A DNA stretch of 64,000 nucleotides, from assembly GCA_005776725.1 (NCBI GenBank), contig SXOO01000119.1, forward strand, positions 4,687 to 68,686. Direction: 5' to 3'. The notes beneath the pieces were generated by a model. The model was given only the letters and a program-made list of their open reading frames with translations, ran no database searches and was not told the origin of the DNA. The first letter of the stretch is position 1. The number at the start of each line of letters is the position of its first letter. Below, in pieces: positions 43,791 to 53,550 of this stretch. The DNA is from Pseudomonadota bacterium (GTDB taxonomy: Bacteria; Myxococcota_A; UBA9042; GCA-2863065). Both the position numbers and the translations under genes were made by a program.

Positions 43791-45554
43791 TTAGAACAGG
43801 TCTACGAACGCTGGCGGCGGGCACGGCCCAAGCGACACCTGCAGGCGGCCCGCTCCGTCGAGCGCGATCGTAACGAAGCGGAGCCACTCGTAGGCCGGCG
43901 TGGCGAGGCTGCGGGTCTCGACCGTCCGGCCGTCGAGTGCAGCTGTGACTCGGCAGCGGCGTCCGTCGGCGATCGCCAGCGTCATTGTCCCCGCGCGTGT
44001 CGCTTGTGTGCTCACCGTGTGGAGCGCGCTGCCCGCACGTCCTCGGGCGCCGCTGGCCCGGCGCCAACGGGTGGCCAGCTGCTCTGCGGCGGGGCCCCCG
44101 AGCTCCAGCGGCCCACGCCACGGGACGTATGGCACCACCGCGATCTCCCGCCCGTGGCCGTGAACGACGTAGCGCTTCCCCGTGGGTTGTCCGTAGAGCG
44201 GAAGCGCGAGGTCGGACGGCACAACCAAGAGGTGCTCGGGGCGCGCCGCGGCGCTCGCGTTGGCGTAGAGCGAGTGCCAGTGCCGAAAGCCCATGGGCTC
44301 GCCGAAGTACAGGCCGTGGACCTGATGCTCCATGTCGGACTCGCTCACGGGGAGCGCTTCGGCCACCACGGCCGCCACGGCGCGTTGCTCCGACGCGTTG
44401 AGCCAGCCGCGTGTGGCGCTGCGTGGCACCTCGGTGAGCGCTGCTTCCACCGCCAGCGACGCCCCCAGTGCGCCCAGGGCCCAGGCGCTTGGCCTCGCCG
44501 GGAGCCGCTCGAGCGCTGAGTGGGCACCCAGCGCGATGAGGACGAAGAAGGCCCACAGGTTGGCGTGCAGGTAGCGATGTGCGATCTGATTCCCGAGCAG
44601 TGCCCACTCGACCACGAGACCCAGCGCCACGTTGCAGAGCAGCAGCCGACCAAAGGGCGTCCGCGTCGCGGCGACGACCCCTACACCTGCCAGCACCACC
44701 AACGGCCACGTGAGCGCAGGCCCGAGCACGTCACCCCAGAGCGGGTGGACGTTGTCGACCACGAAAGACACGACGCTCAGCGGCTCGGCCGGCTGCCAGC
44801 CGTGTGTCGCCCCGCGCGCGTCCGAGAGCGCGCCACGCGAGAGGGTGTGGATCAGCGTCAGCAGGAAGGGGCTCAGCGCCGCCAGGAACGCCAGCACGCC
44901 GCGGAGCAACACCCACGGCTGGTGTCGCAGCCGAAAGGCCAGGACGAGGAGGAGAGCGGGGTAGACCACGGCCGTCGCGTGCAGCTGGAGCGCTACGGCG
45001 GCCGCCACCGCCGCGAGCACCGCGCGGCTCGGGCGCTCTTGGGCGTCGTGCGCCCAGCGCAGGAACAAGACCACGGGCAGGGCCAAGAGGGTGGAGTGCC
45101 AGAGCTGCGAGAACGCCTCGTAGGTGAACGTGGACGTACACGCCGCCATTAGCGCGAGCGCCGCGGCGCGCCGTGACACCAGGCGTCGGAAGAGGCCGTG
45201 GAGGAGGAGGAGCGCCGCGGAGCCGAGGAGGACGAAGCCCCCACGCACCACGAAGGGGTCGGACGACACGGCGACCAGCGGCGCCATCAGCAGGTAGAGC
45301 AGTGGGCCGAGCTCGAAGGGGGTAGGGGAGATCGCCGGGGTGCTGTCGGGCCACAGGCCATGCTGGACCAGCAGGGTAGCGAAGCGAAGGTCGCGCTCGT
45401 GGTCTCCATGGAAGCGGAACGCCGGCTCGAACACAGTCAGTGTGAACAGCGACCAGATCCCCACGATGAGGACTGCCTCGAAGCTCACCGAGGGTTGCTG
45501 CCACGCGGCGGGCCAGAGGGGCCGTCCTCGTCGTGGGGCCCATTCGAGCCCCAT
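43791..45554 (-). CDS. polytopic membrane protein, GT-C (ArnT/PMT)-like, paralogue 1
   Basis: 587 aa. The first loop reads FRFHGDHERDLRFATLL. It has multiple TM segments and a soluble C-terminal domain. Its ATG lies 2 nt after the stop of the upstream propeller gene. Confidence 0.6.
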   Translation of the reverse strand: MGLEWAPRRGRPLWPAAWQQPSVSFEAVLIVGIWSLFTLTVFEPAFRFHGDHERDLRFATLLVQHGLWPDSTPAISPTPFELGPLLYLLMAPLVAVSSDPFVVRGGFVLLGSAALLLLHGLFRRLVSRRAAALALMAACTSTFTYEAFSQLWHSTLLALPVVLFLRWAHDAQERPSRAVLAAVAAAVALQLHATAVVYPALLLVLAFRLRHQPWVLLRGVLAFLAALSPFLLTLIHTLSRGALSDARGATHGWQPAEPLSVVSFVVDNVHPLWGDVLGPALTWPLVVLAGVGVVAATRTPFGRLLLCNVALGLVVEWALLGNQIAHRYLHANLWAFFVLIALGAHSALERLPARPSAWALGALGASLAVEAALTEVPRSATRGWLNASEQRAVAAVVAEALPVSESDMEHQVHGLYFGEPMGFRHWHSLYANASAAARPEHLLVVPSDLALPLYGQPTGKRYVVHGHGREIAVVPYVPWRGPLELGGPAAEQLATRWRRASGARGRAGSALHTVSTQATRAGTMTLAIADGRRCRVTAALDGRTVETRSLATPAYEWLRFVTIALDGAGRLQVSLGPCPPPAFVDLF

Positions 45555-45556
45555 GG

Positions 45557-47167
45557 TCAGCGGGCCACGAAGTAGCTGACGCGGGACTCCCCCAGCGCGG
45601 CAGTCCCGGGGGTGATGCCGAACTCCGCCACGTAGATCGTCCCGTCCGGCGCCACGGCCACGTCGATCGGGTTCTGGAGCGGCTGCACCAGCGCCAGCGT
45701 CTCACCCGTGCTGGGTCGCCACCGGACCACGCTGTCTCCGGAGGAGTAGTTCACGTACAGGAGGTCGCCCCGCTCGATCCCGGTGCCCGGGAAACCGGGC
45801 GCGTCGTACTCCGCCACGCCGTTCGTGGCGAGGTTGAGCCCCGTCTCGAGCACGGGCGCCACGTAACCTGGGCCATCCAGGACACACTCCCCGCGCGCAG
45901 GGTTCGGGTGTCCGTAGAAACCGCCTGCCTCGATAAGATTCAGCTCGTCGCGGCGTGAGCCCGGATCCGTCGGGACCTGACCCGTACAGCCCTCCTCCGG
46001 GCCGGGCGTGGTTCCCCAGTTCTTGTTGCCCCCGTTGTCCGTGGCGTAGAGCCGAGGCTCTCCCACGCGGGTCCAGACCAGGTCGTAGGGGTTGCGGAGG
46101 CCCGTGGCGAAGACGCGTAGCGGGGTCTCGGCCGAGAGCCCCTCGGGACCCATCAGGAAGTCGTCCGCGCCCAAGGGATACGTCCCCCCCCCGGCGGTGG
46201 GACGGACATCCAGCGGTTCGTCCCCGAGCAGGTCGACGTCGACCACCAGAATCGCGCCGCTCAGCAGCGTCTCCGGCCGCTCTCCCAGCTTGCTCGAGGG
46301 GGCGCCGTAGTTCGTATTGCCGCCCACCGTGATGTAGAGGCGGCTTGACCCTGGTTCGAACGCGATCCCGTTGTTCTGGTGAAGCTCGGCCGAGCGCGGG
46401 AGCCCGATGATCACGTCTTCGCGGATGGCGAAGTCCGGGCCCGAGAGCCGGCTGATCACGCCGCCCGCGGGATCGAGCGCGGGGTTCGGCCCCCCCGTGC
46501 CGTTCGGCTCCGAGTGTGATGCCCAGAGGACCGGGGCGTCCGCGGTCCCCCCGACGAGGATCCCGAGCACGGACCGGCCCACCAGGGCTTCGATCCTGAG
46601 CGAGTCGGTGACCTCCCTTTGGGCGTCGAGAGTGAGCGCCTTGATGAGCCCGCTGTGCTGCGCCACGTACAGCCGCGCGTCGGGCCCGAAGGAGAGCGAA
46701 GTCGGCGCGGAGATCCCCCCGGGGATACCGAGGGAGCCGCTGGTGAGCGTGGCGGGGGGCAGCGGCTCGTCGCGGACCGTGAACCGGAACACGAAGGGCG
46801 TGAGGCCGCAGCCCTCGGCGTCGGTGATCCCCGAGCCCAGCGACAGCGTATGCGGGGTGGAGACGGCGAGGCGCTCACGGGGCGTGATGGTGGCGCTGTT
46901 CGGGAAGTTGGCCGAGTTGCCGTGCACCGGGAGCTGGAGGCCGTTCGCGTCTCGCAGCACCACGCTCGCTTCGGTGATGGTGGACCGGACGATGTCGCGG
47001 CTGAACGTGAACCGGATCGACGGTACCGGGTGGGTCTGGTCGACGGGGGTGGTGAGGCCCTCGGAGTCCAGCGTGAGGACCTCGGTGACCGTGAGGCCGC
47101 AGCCGGCATCCTTCGTCCCCTCCGGAGTAGCGCAGGACAGGACGGCGAGGGCGGCGATCAGTCGCAT
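45557..47167 (-). CDS. lipoprotein: SbsA-like Ig domain plus glucose/sorbosone dehydrogenase-like beta-propeller
   Basis: The ATG at 47167 gives MRLIAALAVLSCATPEG (lipobox). The Ig-like stretch reads IRFTFSRDIVRSTITEASVVLRDANG...TITPRERLAVSTPHTLSLGSGITDAEG. Propeller motifs are LYVAQHSG, LYITVGGNTN, GLRNPYDLVW, LYATDNG and GGFYGHPNP. Confidence 0.75.
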   Translation of the reverse strand: MRLIAALAVLSCATPEGTKDAGCGLTVTEVLTLDSEGLTTPVDQTHPVPSIRFTFSRDIVRSTITEASVVLRDANGLQLPVHGNSANFPNSATITPRERLAVSTPHTLSLGSGITDAEGCGLTPFVFRFTVRDEPLPPATLTSGSLGIPGGISAPTSLSFGPDARLYVAQHSGLIKALTLDAQREVTDSLRIEALVGRSVLGILVGGTADAPVLWASHSEPNGTGGPNPALDPAGGVISRLSGPDFAIREDVIIGLPRSAELHQNNGIAFEPGSSRLYITVGGNTNYGAPSSKLGERPETLLSGAILVVDVDLLGDEPLDVRPTAGGGTYPLGADDFLMGPEGLSAETPLRVFATGLRNPYDLVWTRVGEPRLYATDNGGNKNWGTTPGPEEGCTGQVPTDPGSRRDELNLIEAGGFYGHPNPARGECVLDGPGYVAPVLETGLNLATNGVAEYDAPGFPGTGIERGDLLYVNYSSGDSVVRWRPSTGETLALVQPLQNPIDVAVAPDGTIYVAEFGITPGTAALGESRVSYFVAR

Positions 47168-48228
47168 CGCGGGGCCTCGATCACGCCGCGCCACGTGTCT
47201 CCGCGGACGCCGGACTTGCCGAACGAGCCCCCGTAGAGGACGAGCTCCCCGTTGGCGCGAAGCGACAGCGTGGCGTGGCGTCTCGTTGGCGGCGCCGCGC
47301 CGGTCAGCGGGAGCTCGTCGATGACGAGCGGCGAGCCCAACGTCACGCGCCAGGTGCTGCTGACGTCCACGAAGTCGTCGTTGTCACCGCCGGCCATCCA
47401 CAGCACCGGTCCCGCGCCGCGCGTGTAGGCGAAGTGCGCCCAGGCGCTCAGCGCGGGCCCCTCGACGGGCTCCCAACGCTCCGCGGCCAGCTCGTAGCGC
47501 CAGTAATCGGCCGTGAGGTCTTCGTCGTCGTGGCCGCCGATGACGTAGAGGAAGCCCTCGTGGTGCCCCATGGCGCAGTTCGTCCTTGGGGACGGTCGGT
47601 CCGGCCCCGTCGGTAGCTCACGCCAGGTGTCCCCGTCGAGGTCGAGCTCCCAGAGGTCGTCCAGCGGGACGAAGCCCTCGGCGAAGCCCGCGTAGAACCA
47701 CGCCCGCCGGCCCTCTAGAGCGGCCGCGACGTCGAATCGTGCGCTGGGACCCTTGGGCAGCTCCGCCCACACGCCGGTGTCGAGGGCCAGCGCCCACACA
47801 TCGTCGCGGGCGACGCCGTCGTCTCCGGTCATCACGATCCACCGGTCGCGCTCCGGGTCCATGACGGCTCCCGCGGTGAAGCGGCCGGTGGGCCGGGTGG
47901 GGCTCTGGGACGCGTCGGTCCACTCACTCCACGCCTCCCCCAGCGTCCACACGTCAGAGCGTCGCCCCCCGGAGCCCGTGCCGCCGAAGGTGACCACGCG
48001 GTCTCGCTTGGCGTCGTAGCCGGCCACGTGACCCCAACGGTCGGGTGGCGCCGGTGGGGAGACCTCCTCGAAGCGAAGGGACGGGGTTCGGGCAGCGCAG
48101 CCGAGCTCGGTCGACGCATCCGCGGGCGCCGCGGCATCGGAGCCAGCCCCCAGGTCTGCGGTCTCAGTCGCCGTGGAAGCGCATGCGCCCGCGAGCAGGG
48201 TTACCCAGTAGAGGCGCGTGCGACGCAT
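47158..48228 (-). CDS. Kelch-repeat lipoprotein
   Basis: The ATG at 48228 gives MRRTRLYWVTLLAGACAS (lipobox). Repeated motifs are R.GH......DRVV.FGG...DVW, DDVWAL....W.ELP, DDLWELDLDGDTWRELP and FLYVIGGHD....DYWRYEL..ERWE. The gene overlaps the next gene by 10 nt. Confidence 0.8.
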   Translation of the reverse strand: MRRTRLYWVTLLAGACASTATETADLGAGSDAAAPADASTELGCAARTPSLRFEEVSPPAPPDRWGHVAGYDAKRDRVVTFGGTGSGGRRSDVWTLGEAWSEWTDASQSPTRPTGRFTAGAVMDPERDRWIVMTGDDGVARDDVWALALDTGVWAELPKGPSARFDVAAALEGRRAWFYAGFAEGFVPLDDLWELDLDGDTWRELPTGPDRPSPRTNCAMGHHEGFLYVIGGHDDEDLTADYWRYELAAERWEPVEGPALSAWAHFAYTRGAGPVLWMAGGDNDDFVDVSSTWRVTLGSPLVIDELPLTGAAPPTRRHATLSLRANGELVLYGGSFGKSGVRGDTWRGVIEAPRCD

Positions 48229-48267
48229 CCCGGCACTCGGCCATAGCCGGGGCGTCAGAGTCAACTG

Positions 48268-49752
48268 TTGCCTTGCTTGTGGACGAACCGGCGGCTCTCG
48301 GCGTACACCGCCGCGGTGGCTGCAGCACCCGCACTCCCGTCCGCGCATTCACCGGTCGACCTCGACGGCCCTGCGTATCCCACCATCCTGAAGCTGGCGA
48401 TCCCCACGGTGATCGCGATGATGTCGCAGGCCATCGTCAACGCGGTGGACGCGGTCTTCTTCGCCCACTTGCCCACCCACGAAGAGGCCAACGCCGCCCA
48501 GGCGGCCCTGATGCCGTCGCTCATCCTCCTGTGGATGTTCGGCGGCTCGCTCTCGGCCATCGGAGTAGGGACGCAGGCGCTCGTGGCGCGGCGCTTCGTG
48601 GAGCGGCGACCCGAGGCAGCGGGTTCGGTGCTCACGAACGGCAGCGCCTTCATCATCGCCGGCGGCGCGCTCCTCACGGTGGTCTCGCTCTACCTCCTCC
48701 CCTGGATGGCCCAGAAGCAGCACCCGAACGCCGACGTACAGACCGTGATCGTGGACTACGGGACCTACCGCATGTGGGGCATCGTCTCCATGGCGCTCAC
48801 CATGGGGCTCAAGGGCTTCTTCGACGGCCTCGGCCGGACGTGGATCCACTTCGTGTCCTCCGTGGTCATGAACATCTTCAACATTCTGTTTTGTTACATC
48901 TTCATCTTCGGGAAGTTCGGCGCGCCGGTCATGGGCGCAGCGGGAGCCGGCCTCGCGGCCCTCTTGGCCACCTGGATCGGCCTCTTCACGATGGTCATCT
49001 ACCTGTGGCTGGACCGGACCACTTTCCGACCGTTCCGGATCTCCAACCTCTCGATGCCGCTGATCTGGGACATACTGAAGCTGTCCGTGCCCGCCGCCGT
49101 AGCCACGGTGATCATGATGTTCGGCTTCCAGGTCTTCGTCCGGATTGTCGCCATGCTCGACGAGGCCGCCGGCGTGGACGCGGCCGTCGACCTCGGGGCC
49201 GGTGTGAAGACCAGTATCAACGGCGCCGCCACCAGCAACATCATCAGCATGTTGAAGCTCACCTTCACCGCGTGCCTCGCGTTTGGCACCGCCACCGCCA
49301 CGCTCGTGGCGCAGTCCATCGGCGCGGGACGACCGGACCGCGCGGTCTTCTTCGGTTGGGCGTCGCTCCGACTGGGACTCATGGTCTTCGGTGTGGTCGG
49401 CGCCCTCGAGGGCACCTTCGCCCAAGAGCTCACCAACCTGTGGACCACCGACCCCGAGGTTCGTGAAGCCATGCTCACGCCGATGCGGCTCATGGGCTGG
49501 ACCACGCCCGCCATCGCGGTCTGCATGATCATGACCGAGGCGTTGTTCGGCGCCGGCACCCCCAAGTTCGTGGCCGTGGCGCAGTTCCTGATGGTCTTTG
49601 GGGTGCTGCTGCCCTGCGCGTACCTCTTCGCGATCACGCTGGGCTGGGGCCTCAACGGCATCTGGATCGCGGCCACCACCTACATGGTGGTCGGGTCCGT
49701 GGTCATGAGCGCCAAGTTCGTGAAGGGCAGCTGGCAGTCGGTGCGCATCTAG
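48268..49752 (+). CDS. MATE family efflux transporter
   Basis: ILKLAIPTVIAMMSQAIVNAVDAVFFAHL matches a typical MATE N-terminus. It has 12 TM segments in two halves. The start codon is uncertain (TTG 48268 or GTG 48316). Confidence 0.88.
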   Translation: MPCLWTNRRLSAYTAAVAAAPALPSAHSPVDLDGPAYPTILKLAIPTVIAMMSQAIVNAVDAVFFAHLPTHEEANAAQAALMPSLILLWMFGGSLSAIGVGTQALVARRFVERRPEAAGSVLTNGSAFIIAGGALLTVVSLYLLPWMAQKQHPNADVQTVIVDYGTYRMWGIVSMALTMGLKGFFDGLGRTWIHFVSSVVMNIFNILFCYIFIFGKFGAPVMGAAGAGLAALLATWIGLFTMVIYLWLDRTTFRPFRISNLSMPLIWDILKLSVPAAVATVIMMFGFQVFVRIVAMLDEAAGVDAAVDLGAGVKTSINGAATSNIISMLKLTFTACLAFGTATATLVAQSIGAGRPDRAVFFGWASLRLGLMVFGVVGALEGTFAQELTNLWTTDPEVREAMLTPMRLMGWTTPAIAVCMIMTEALFGAGTPKFVAVAQFLMVFGVLLPCAYLFAITLGWGLNGIWIAATTYMVVGSVVMSAKFVKGSWQSVRI

Positions 49753-49773
49753 CCGAGGGGGCGCGCGCACCCG

Positions 49774-49794
49774 GGTGGGGGACGCGCCCCCACC
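49774..49794. terminator. 8-bp GC hairpin between convergent genes (with a mutually exclusive 9-bp alternative, 49757..49765 pairing 49783..49791)
   Basis: GGTGGGGG-acgcg-CCCCCACC. The alternative stem is GGGGGCGCG/CGCGCCCCC. Confidence 0.4.
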
Positions 49795-49806
49795 ACGGGC
49801 CGGCGC

Positions 49807-51525
49807 TCAGGGAGGGCCGTTGGCCGGCACGCAGATCTTCTGCGGGCTGCACGTCAGGGCAGGCGCGTTCGGAAACGTGGGGCAGTCGGCCGCTGTGTTG
49901 CACGTGGGCACACAGATCATCCCCATCGGTGAGTTGGCGCAGCTGCAGCCCAGCGATCCGGCCGGGCAGGCGCCCGTGCAGTCAGCGCTGCTGGTGCAAG
50001 ACTGAGGGCCCTGACCGCCATCCGCGCCGTCCGTGCCATCCGGGGGACCGTCAGCGCCGTCCGCGGGACCATCCGTTCCGTCGGTTCCAACCGGACCTCC
50101 CGTCGAGGGGGTGCCGGAGTAGCATCCGAGCACATAAGGGAAGCCCGCGGTCGCGTGGTAGCGGTACTTGCCGTCCGGGCCGATGCGTCCGTTGCATTTG
50201 TCGAGCACCGTGGTGTCCGAGCTGGTCTCGTACGAGTAGGCGCTCCACGCGTCCTTCGTGGGATCGCCCACCTGCTTGTAGCCGCTCTTGAACTCCACCA
50301 CCTGAGAGCAGGTCGCGTCATTGCAGCCGTAGCGCCCGTAGATCGGAAAGCCATCGAGGGCGAAGCCGAGGATCGGGCTCTGCTGGAGCTTGGACGGCTC
50401 CGGGTTGTTCCAGGGCTCCGAGACCAAGCTGTTGTCGTCCAGGCACTGCTGGAGGAGCGCGTGGTAGTGGTACGCGAACGCCGTGTGACCGAGGCACGGG
50501 TCCATGATGTCGTTGTAGATCGGGTCCCCGTAGGCCTCTTCCGCGGGGATGGCGCCCTCGTTGGGCCCGAAGATCGCCTGCCCGTTCACGGCGAACCCGA
50601 TCGTGCCCAGCAAGGGGATGGCCGTCGTTTGACTGGCGAGCGCCGGGTAACGCGGCACCTCCCAGTGGTTGTCCGCCGTGGTCAGCGCGTTGGGCGTGAT
50701 CGGGATGAACGTGTAGTGCGGGATCCCGTTGGACTCCACGATGAGCGTGGTGTCCGTGCACGAGACGGACAACGTGGGCTTCGCGTAGCCTGCGCCCGCG
50801 CCCGGCGCCTTGCTGACGTCGAGGAAGACCCCCTCGTAGCAGCTGGCCGCGGTGCCGTCCGCGGTGCCGTCCGCGGTGCCGTCGGCCGTGCCGTCGGCCG
50901 TGCCGTCAGTGGCATCCGCCCCGTCGGCGCCATCGGTTCCAATGGTGCCGTCCGTCGTGTCTGCTCCGCCGTCGGTGCCATCGGTCGCGTCCGTTCCGGT
51001 GTTTGTGCCGTCGGTGGCGTCCGTCCCGCCATCTGTCCCGTCGGTCGCGTCGGTCGCGTCGGCGGCGGCTGTCCCGTTGGTCCCGTCGGTCGCGTCGGTC
51101 GCGTCGGCGGCGTCTGTCCCGTCGGTCGCGTCGGCGCCGTCTGTTCCGTTGGTCCCGTCGGTCGCGTCGGTCCCGTCGGTCGCGTCGGCGCCGTCTGTCC
51201 CGTTGGTTCCGTCGGTCGCGTCGGTCGCGTCGGTCGCGTCGTCGGCGCCGTCTGCTGCATCGGCGCCGTCGGTCACATCGCCGGAGCCGTCGGTGCCATC
51301 GGTGGCGTCGGTGGAGCCGTCGGTTGCGTCACCGTTGGAACCGTCGTTCCCGTCGCCTGCGGCGGTGCCGTCACTCCCATCCGTGGTGTCTGTGGCCGCA
51401 TCGGATCCAGCGTCCTGTCCGGAGACGGTGTCCGGACCTGGAGTCGCGGTCTCCGCCTCTGAGCTGCTCTCACAGCCCAGCGCTGCAGCGAAGATCAACG
51501 GTGTGAGGAATCTATCTCGTCGCAT
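49807..51525 (-). CDS. YHYH-domain lipoprotein with long acidic D/T/G/A linker and C-terminal Cys-rich module
   Basis: The ATG at 51525 gives [21 protein letters not shown] (lipobox). About 190 aa of DATDGT-type low complexity follow. Next come HYTF...WEVP...[12 protein letters not shown]...[12 protein letters not shown]...[11 protein letters not shown] (YHYH family). The C-terminus carries a second acidic linker and a Cys-rich tail. Confidence 0.8.
   Translation of the reverse strand: MRRDRFLTPLIFAAALGCESSSEAETATPGPDTVSGQDAGSDAATDTTDGSDGTAAGDGNDGSNGDATDGSTDATDGTDGSGDVTDGADAADGADDATDATDATDGTNGTDGADATDGTDATDGTNGTDGADATDGTDAADATDATDGTNGTAAADATDATDGTDGGTDATDGTNTGTDATDGTDGGADTTDGTIGTDGADGADATDGTADGTADGTADGTADGTAASCYEGVFLDVSKAPGAGAGYAKPTLSVSCTDTTLIVESNGIPHYTFIPITPNALTTADNHWEVPRYPALASQTTAIPLLGTIGFAVNGQAIFGPNEGAIPAEEAYGDPIYNDIMDPCLGHTAFAYHYHALLQQCLDDNSLVSEPWNNPEPSKLQQSPILGFALDGFPIYGRYGCNDATCSQVVEFKSGYKQVGDPTKDAWSAYSYETSSDTTVLDKCNGRIGPDGKYRYHATAGFPYVLGCYSGTPSTGGPVGTDGTDGPADGADGPPDGTDGADGGQGPQSCTSSADCTGACPAGSLGCSCANSPMGMICVPTCNTAADCPTFPNAPALTCSPQKICVPANGPP
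50849..51425 (-). repeat. tandem and low-complexity coding repeats (including 5 x 12 bp at 50849..50908 encoding (TADG)n)
   Basis: The plus strand reads gcggtgccgtcc x3 then gccgtgccgtcg/a x2. Upstream are reiterated gtcggtcgcgtcggt... units encoding [18 protein letters not shown]-like repeats. Confidence 0.85.
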
Positions 51526-51613
51526 GCGCAATACCTCTGCGTGTGGTTCGTGCCGGGGGATGCGATCCCCAGACCCGGGAGGGGCTGGGGGCCGGGCCAC
51601 AATTCATGTTGGA

Positions 51614-51637
51614 GCCGGGGCAGCAGAGCTCCCCGGC
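51614..51637 (-). terminator. hairpin about 80 nt downstream of the mbnP-mbnH-X operon
   Basis: GCCGGGG-(c)AGC-aga-GCT-CCCCGGC. This is 7 + 3 bp with one bulge. No U-tract. Confidence 0.35.
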
Positions 51638-51715
51638 CCGGTTTACCTCCGCGCTCTCGCGCTCGGGTGGAATTTGGCCCCAGAGTGCTGCCGGAAAGCA
51701 AGCGCAGGGTCACGA

Positions 51716-52471
51716 TCATCCCGAGACGGCCTCGAGGGTGGTCGCGAGGAATAGGTTCGAGAGCACCTTCCTCGGCCGGATGTCGGGGCCGGGCCCCGGC
51801 AAGGCCATGAAGTCGACCCCGTCGAAGAGCGTGTCGACCCGGCGGATGAGGCGAACGGTCAGCGCCCCCGCGTCTGGCAGCGCGGGGAGGTCGCGGAACG
51901 CGCCGTTCGCGAGCCCGGTCTGCCACTCGAACGGGACGGGCGCCCCCTTCAGCGGCACGAAGCGGCCGCTCACGCGCAGGCTCTGCCCCGCCCAGCCTGC
52001 CCGACTCAGATCGTGAGGGCCGCGCCCGGGACCCCGGGCTACGAGCCAGTGCACCTTGCAGTAGCGATTGCCCGCCAGGTCTCGGCTGCCGAAAGACAAC
52101 GACGACTCAGCGCCGTATGCGTCCACCACGGGGGCCTCGAGCTGAGCCGGATCCGGGGCAATCGAGTGGCCGGCGCGGGCCACGGGGATCACGGCATCCC
52201 AAAGCGCGGTCGGCGGCTTCGGCGGGGCGCAAGGCACGAGGCTCATGGAGATGGTCACCACAGCGAGAGCGTCGACCTCCACTCGGCCGTCCGCGCGCTC
52301 GATGACGAAGCCTTGCTCGCGGGCGGCGGCTCCCCCAAGCGCCCATCGGAGCTCGTAGCTCACCCGGTGCGGCGCCGAGCCCGGCCCGGCGGGGGCTGGT
52401 CCGCCAGACCACCGCTTGAGGGCATAGCCGGCCCCAACCAGCACCAACAGCACCACGAACCAGCGCGTCAT
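51716..52471 (-). CDS. membrane-anchored hypothetical protein (251 aa) coupled to mbnH
   Basis: The ATG shares one base with the mbnH stop (TGATG). The N-terminal TM segment is MTRWFVVLLVLVGAGYALKRW. No recognisable family. Confidence 0.7.
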   Translation of the reverse strand: MTRWFVVLLVLVGAGYALKRWSGGPAPAGPGSAPHRVSYELRWALGGAAAREQGFVIERADGRVEVDALAVVTISMSLVPCAPPKPPTALWDAVIPVARAGHSIAPDPAQLEAPVVDAYGAESSLSFGSRDLAGNRYCKVHWLVARGPGRGPHDLSRAGWAGQSLRVSGRFVPLKGAPVPFEWQTGLANGAFRDLPALPDAGALTVRLIRRVDTLFDGVDFMALPGPGPDIRPRKVLSNLFLATTLEAVSG

Positions 52472-53550
52472 CAGGGAGCTCCGAAACGGGGGTCGGCGAG
52501 AAACTCGGGATCGGTGAGCGACTCGAGGAACGCGATGAGGTCGCTGCGTTCCTCGTCCGTCAAGATGAAGCCGCGGATGAAGCGGTCTCTCCGGGGGTTC
52601 GCCTCGCCCCCGCGCCCGCCGGCCTCGTAGTGCCTGATCACGGCGTCGAGGGTCGCAAGGCTCCCATCGTGCATGTAGGGAGCGGTGACGTCGATGTTCC
52701 GGAGCGTCGGCGCCTTGAAGCGCCCCATGTCCTCGGGCCTCCCGGAGTGTTCGATGAGGCCCTGGTCGCGCTTCGGGTAGGCACCGGCGCCCAGGTCGTA
52801 GAGCCCGTTGTTGTGGAACTTGCGCTCGGGCTCAGCTCCTTCGTGACCAAACGCGTCGGTGAAGTTGAACCCGCCGTGGCAATGGAAGCACTCCGTGCGC
52901 TCCGAGAAGAACAGCTCGAGGCCGCGCTGCGCCTCGGGAGACAGGGCGCTGACCTCCCCGCCCACGTAGCGGTCGTATGGCGACCGCCCGGAGATCAGCG
53001 TGCGCTCGAACGCGGCCAGCGCCTTGAGGACCCGATCCAGCGTCAGGCCCCCGGCGCCGAACGCCTCCTGCGCGAGCCCCTGCAGGGTCTTGTCGCCCGC
53101 CAGCCGCGCCTCGAGCTGCGCGGCGCTCTCGAGTCCCAGCTCGGTCGGCGCGTCGCCGAACATGGGCGCGAGCGCCTGCGCCTCGAGTCCGTCGACCAGC
53201 GGGTTCGCCCACGTGAGGTGGCTCGCATAGCCGATGTTGGTGAGCGACATCGAGCTGCGCCGATGGATCTCTCCGGTCGAGCCCACCGCGTTTGCCAGGC
53301 CGTCCGTGAAGGCTCTGGACTGCACGTGGCAGCTGGCGCACGACTGCGTACCGTTGCCCGACAGGCGAACGTCGTAGAAGAGCCTCCGGCCCAGCTCGAC
53401 CTTCGCCGAGCTCATGGGGTTGTCGGCCGGCACCCGAGGCCGCGGGAAACCCGGTGGGAGGCGAAAGGACCAGCCGGTCTCCGGGCGCTCCGCCTTCCCT
53501 ATGAGCACCAGCGCAGCCGCGAGGGCCATGACCCCGAGCGCCGCCTTCAC
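52471..53550 (-). CDS. mbnH: di-heme cytochrome c peroxidase-family enzyme, MbnH-like (MXAN_0977 family)
   Basis: The GTG at 53550 overlaps the mbnP stop (GTGA). It has two CxxCH motifs (CASCH, CFHCH) and CCP/MauG-like motifs: LGRRLFYD, FDRY, TLRNI...PYMHDGS..TL. It pairs with an MbnP-like gene. Confidence 0.8.
   Translation of the reverse strand: MKAALGVMALAAALVLIGKAERPETGWSFRLPPGFPRPRVPADNPMSSAKVELGRRLFYDVRLSGNGTQSCASCHVQSRAFTDGLANAVGSTGEIHRRSSMSLTNIGYASHLTWANPLVDGLEAQALAPMFGDAPTELGLESAAQLEARLAGDKTLQGLAQEAFGAGGLTLDRVLKALAAFERTLISGRSPYDRYVGGEVSALSPEAQRGLELFFSERTECFHCHGGFNFTDAFGHEGAEPERKFHNNGLYDLGAGAYPKRDQGLIEHSGRPEDMGRFKAPTLRNIDVTAPYMHDGSLATLDAVIRHYEAGGRGGEANPRRDRFIRGFILTDEERSDLIAFLESLTDPEFLADPRFGAP

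Noticed and set aside
43693-45705. ORFs 43693..44709 and 44731..45705 (minus strand, other frames)
   Set aside because: Their translations are R/A/P-rich. The frames I chose give hydrophobic TM-rich paralogues with matching motifs.
48045-49770. Alternative-frame ORFs 48045..49466 (+) and 48349..49770 (-) within the MATE gene
   Set aside because: The MATE frame gives 12 clean TM helices. The alternatives are R/G/H-rich.
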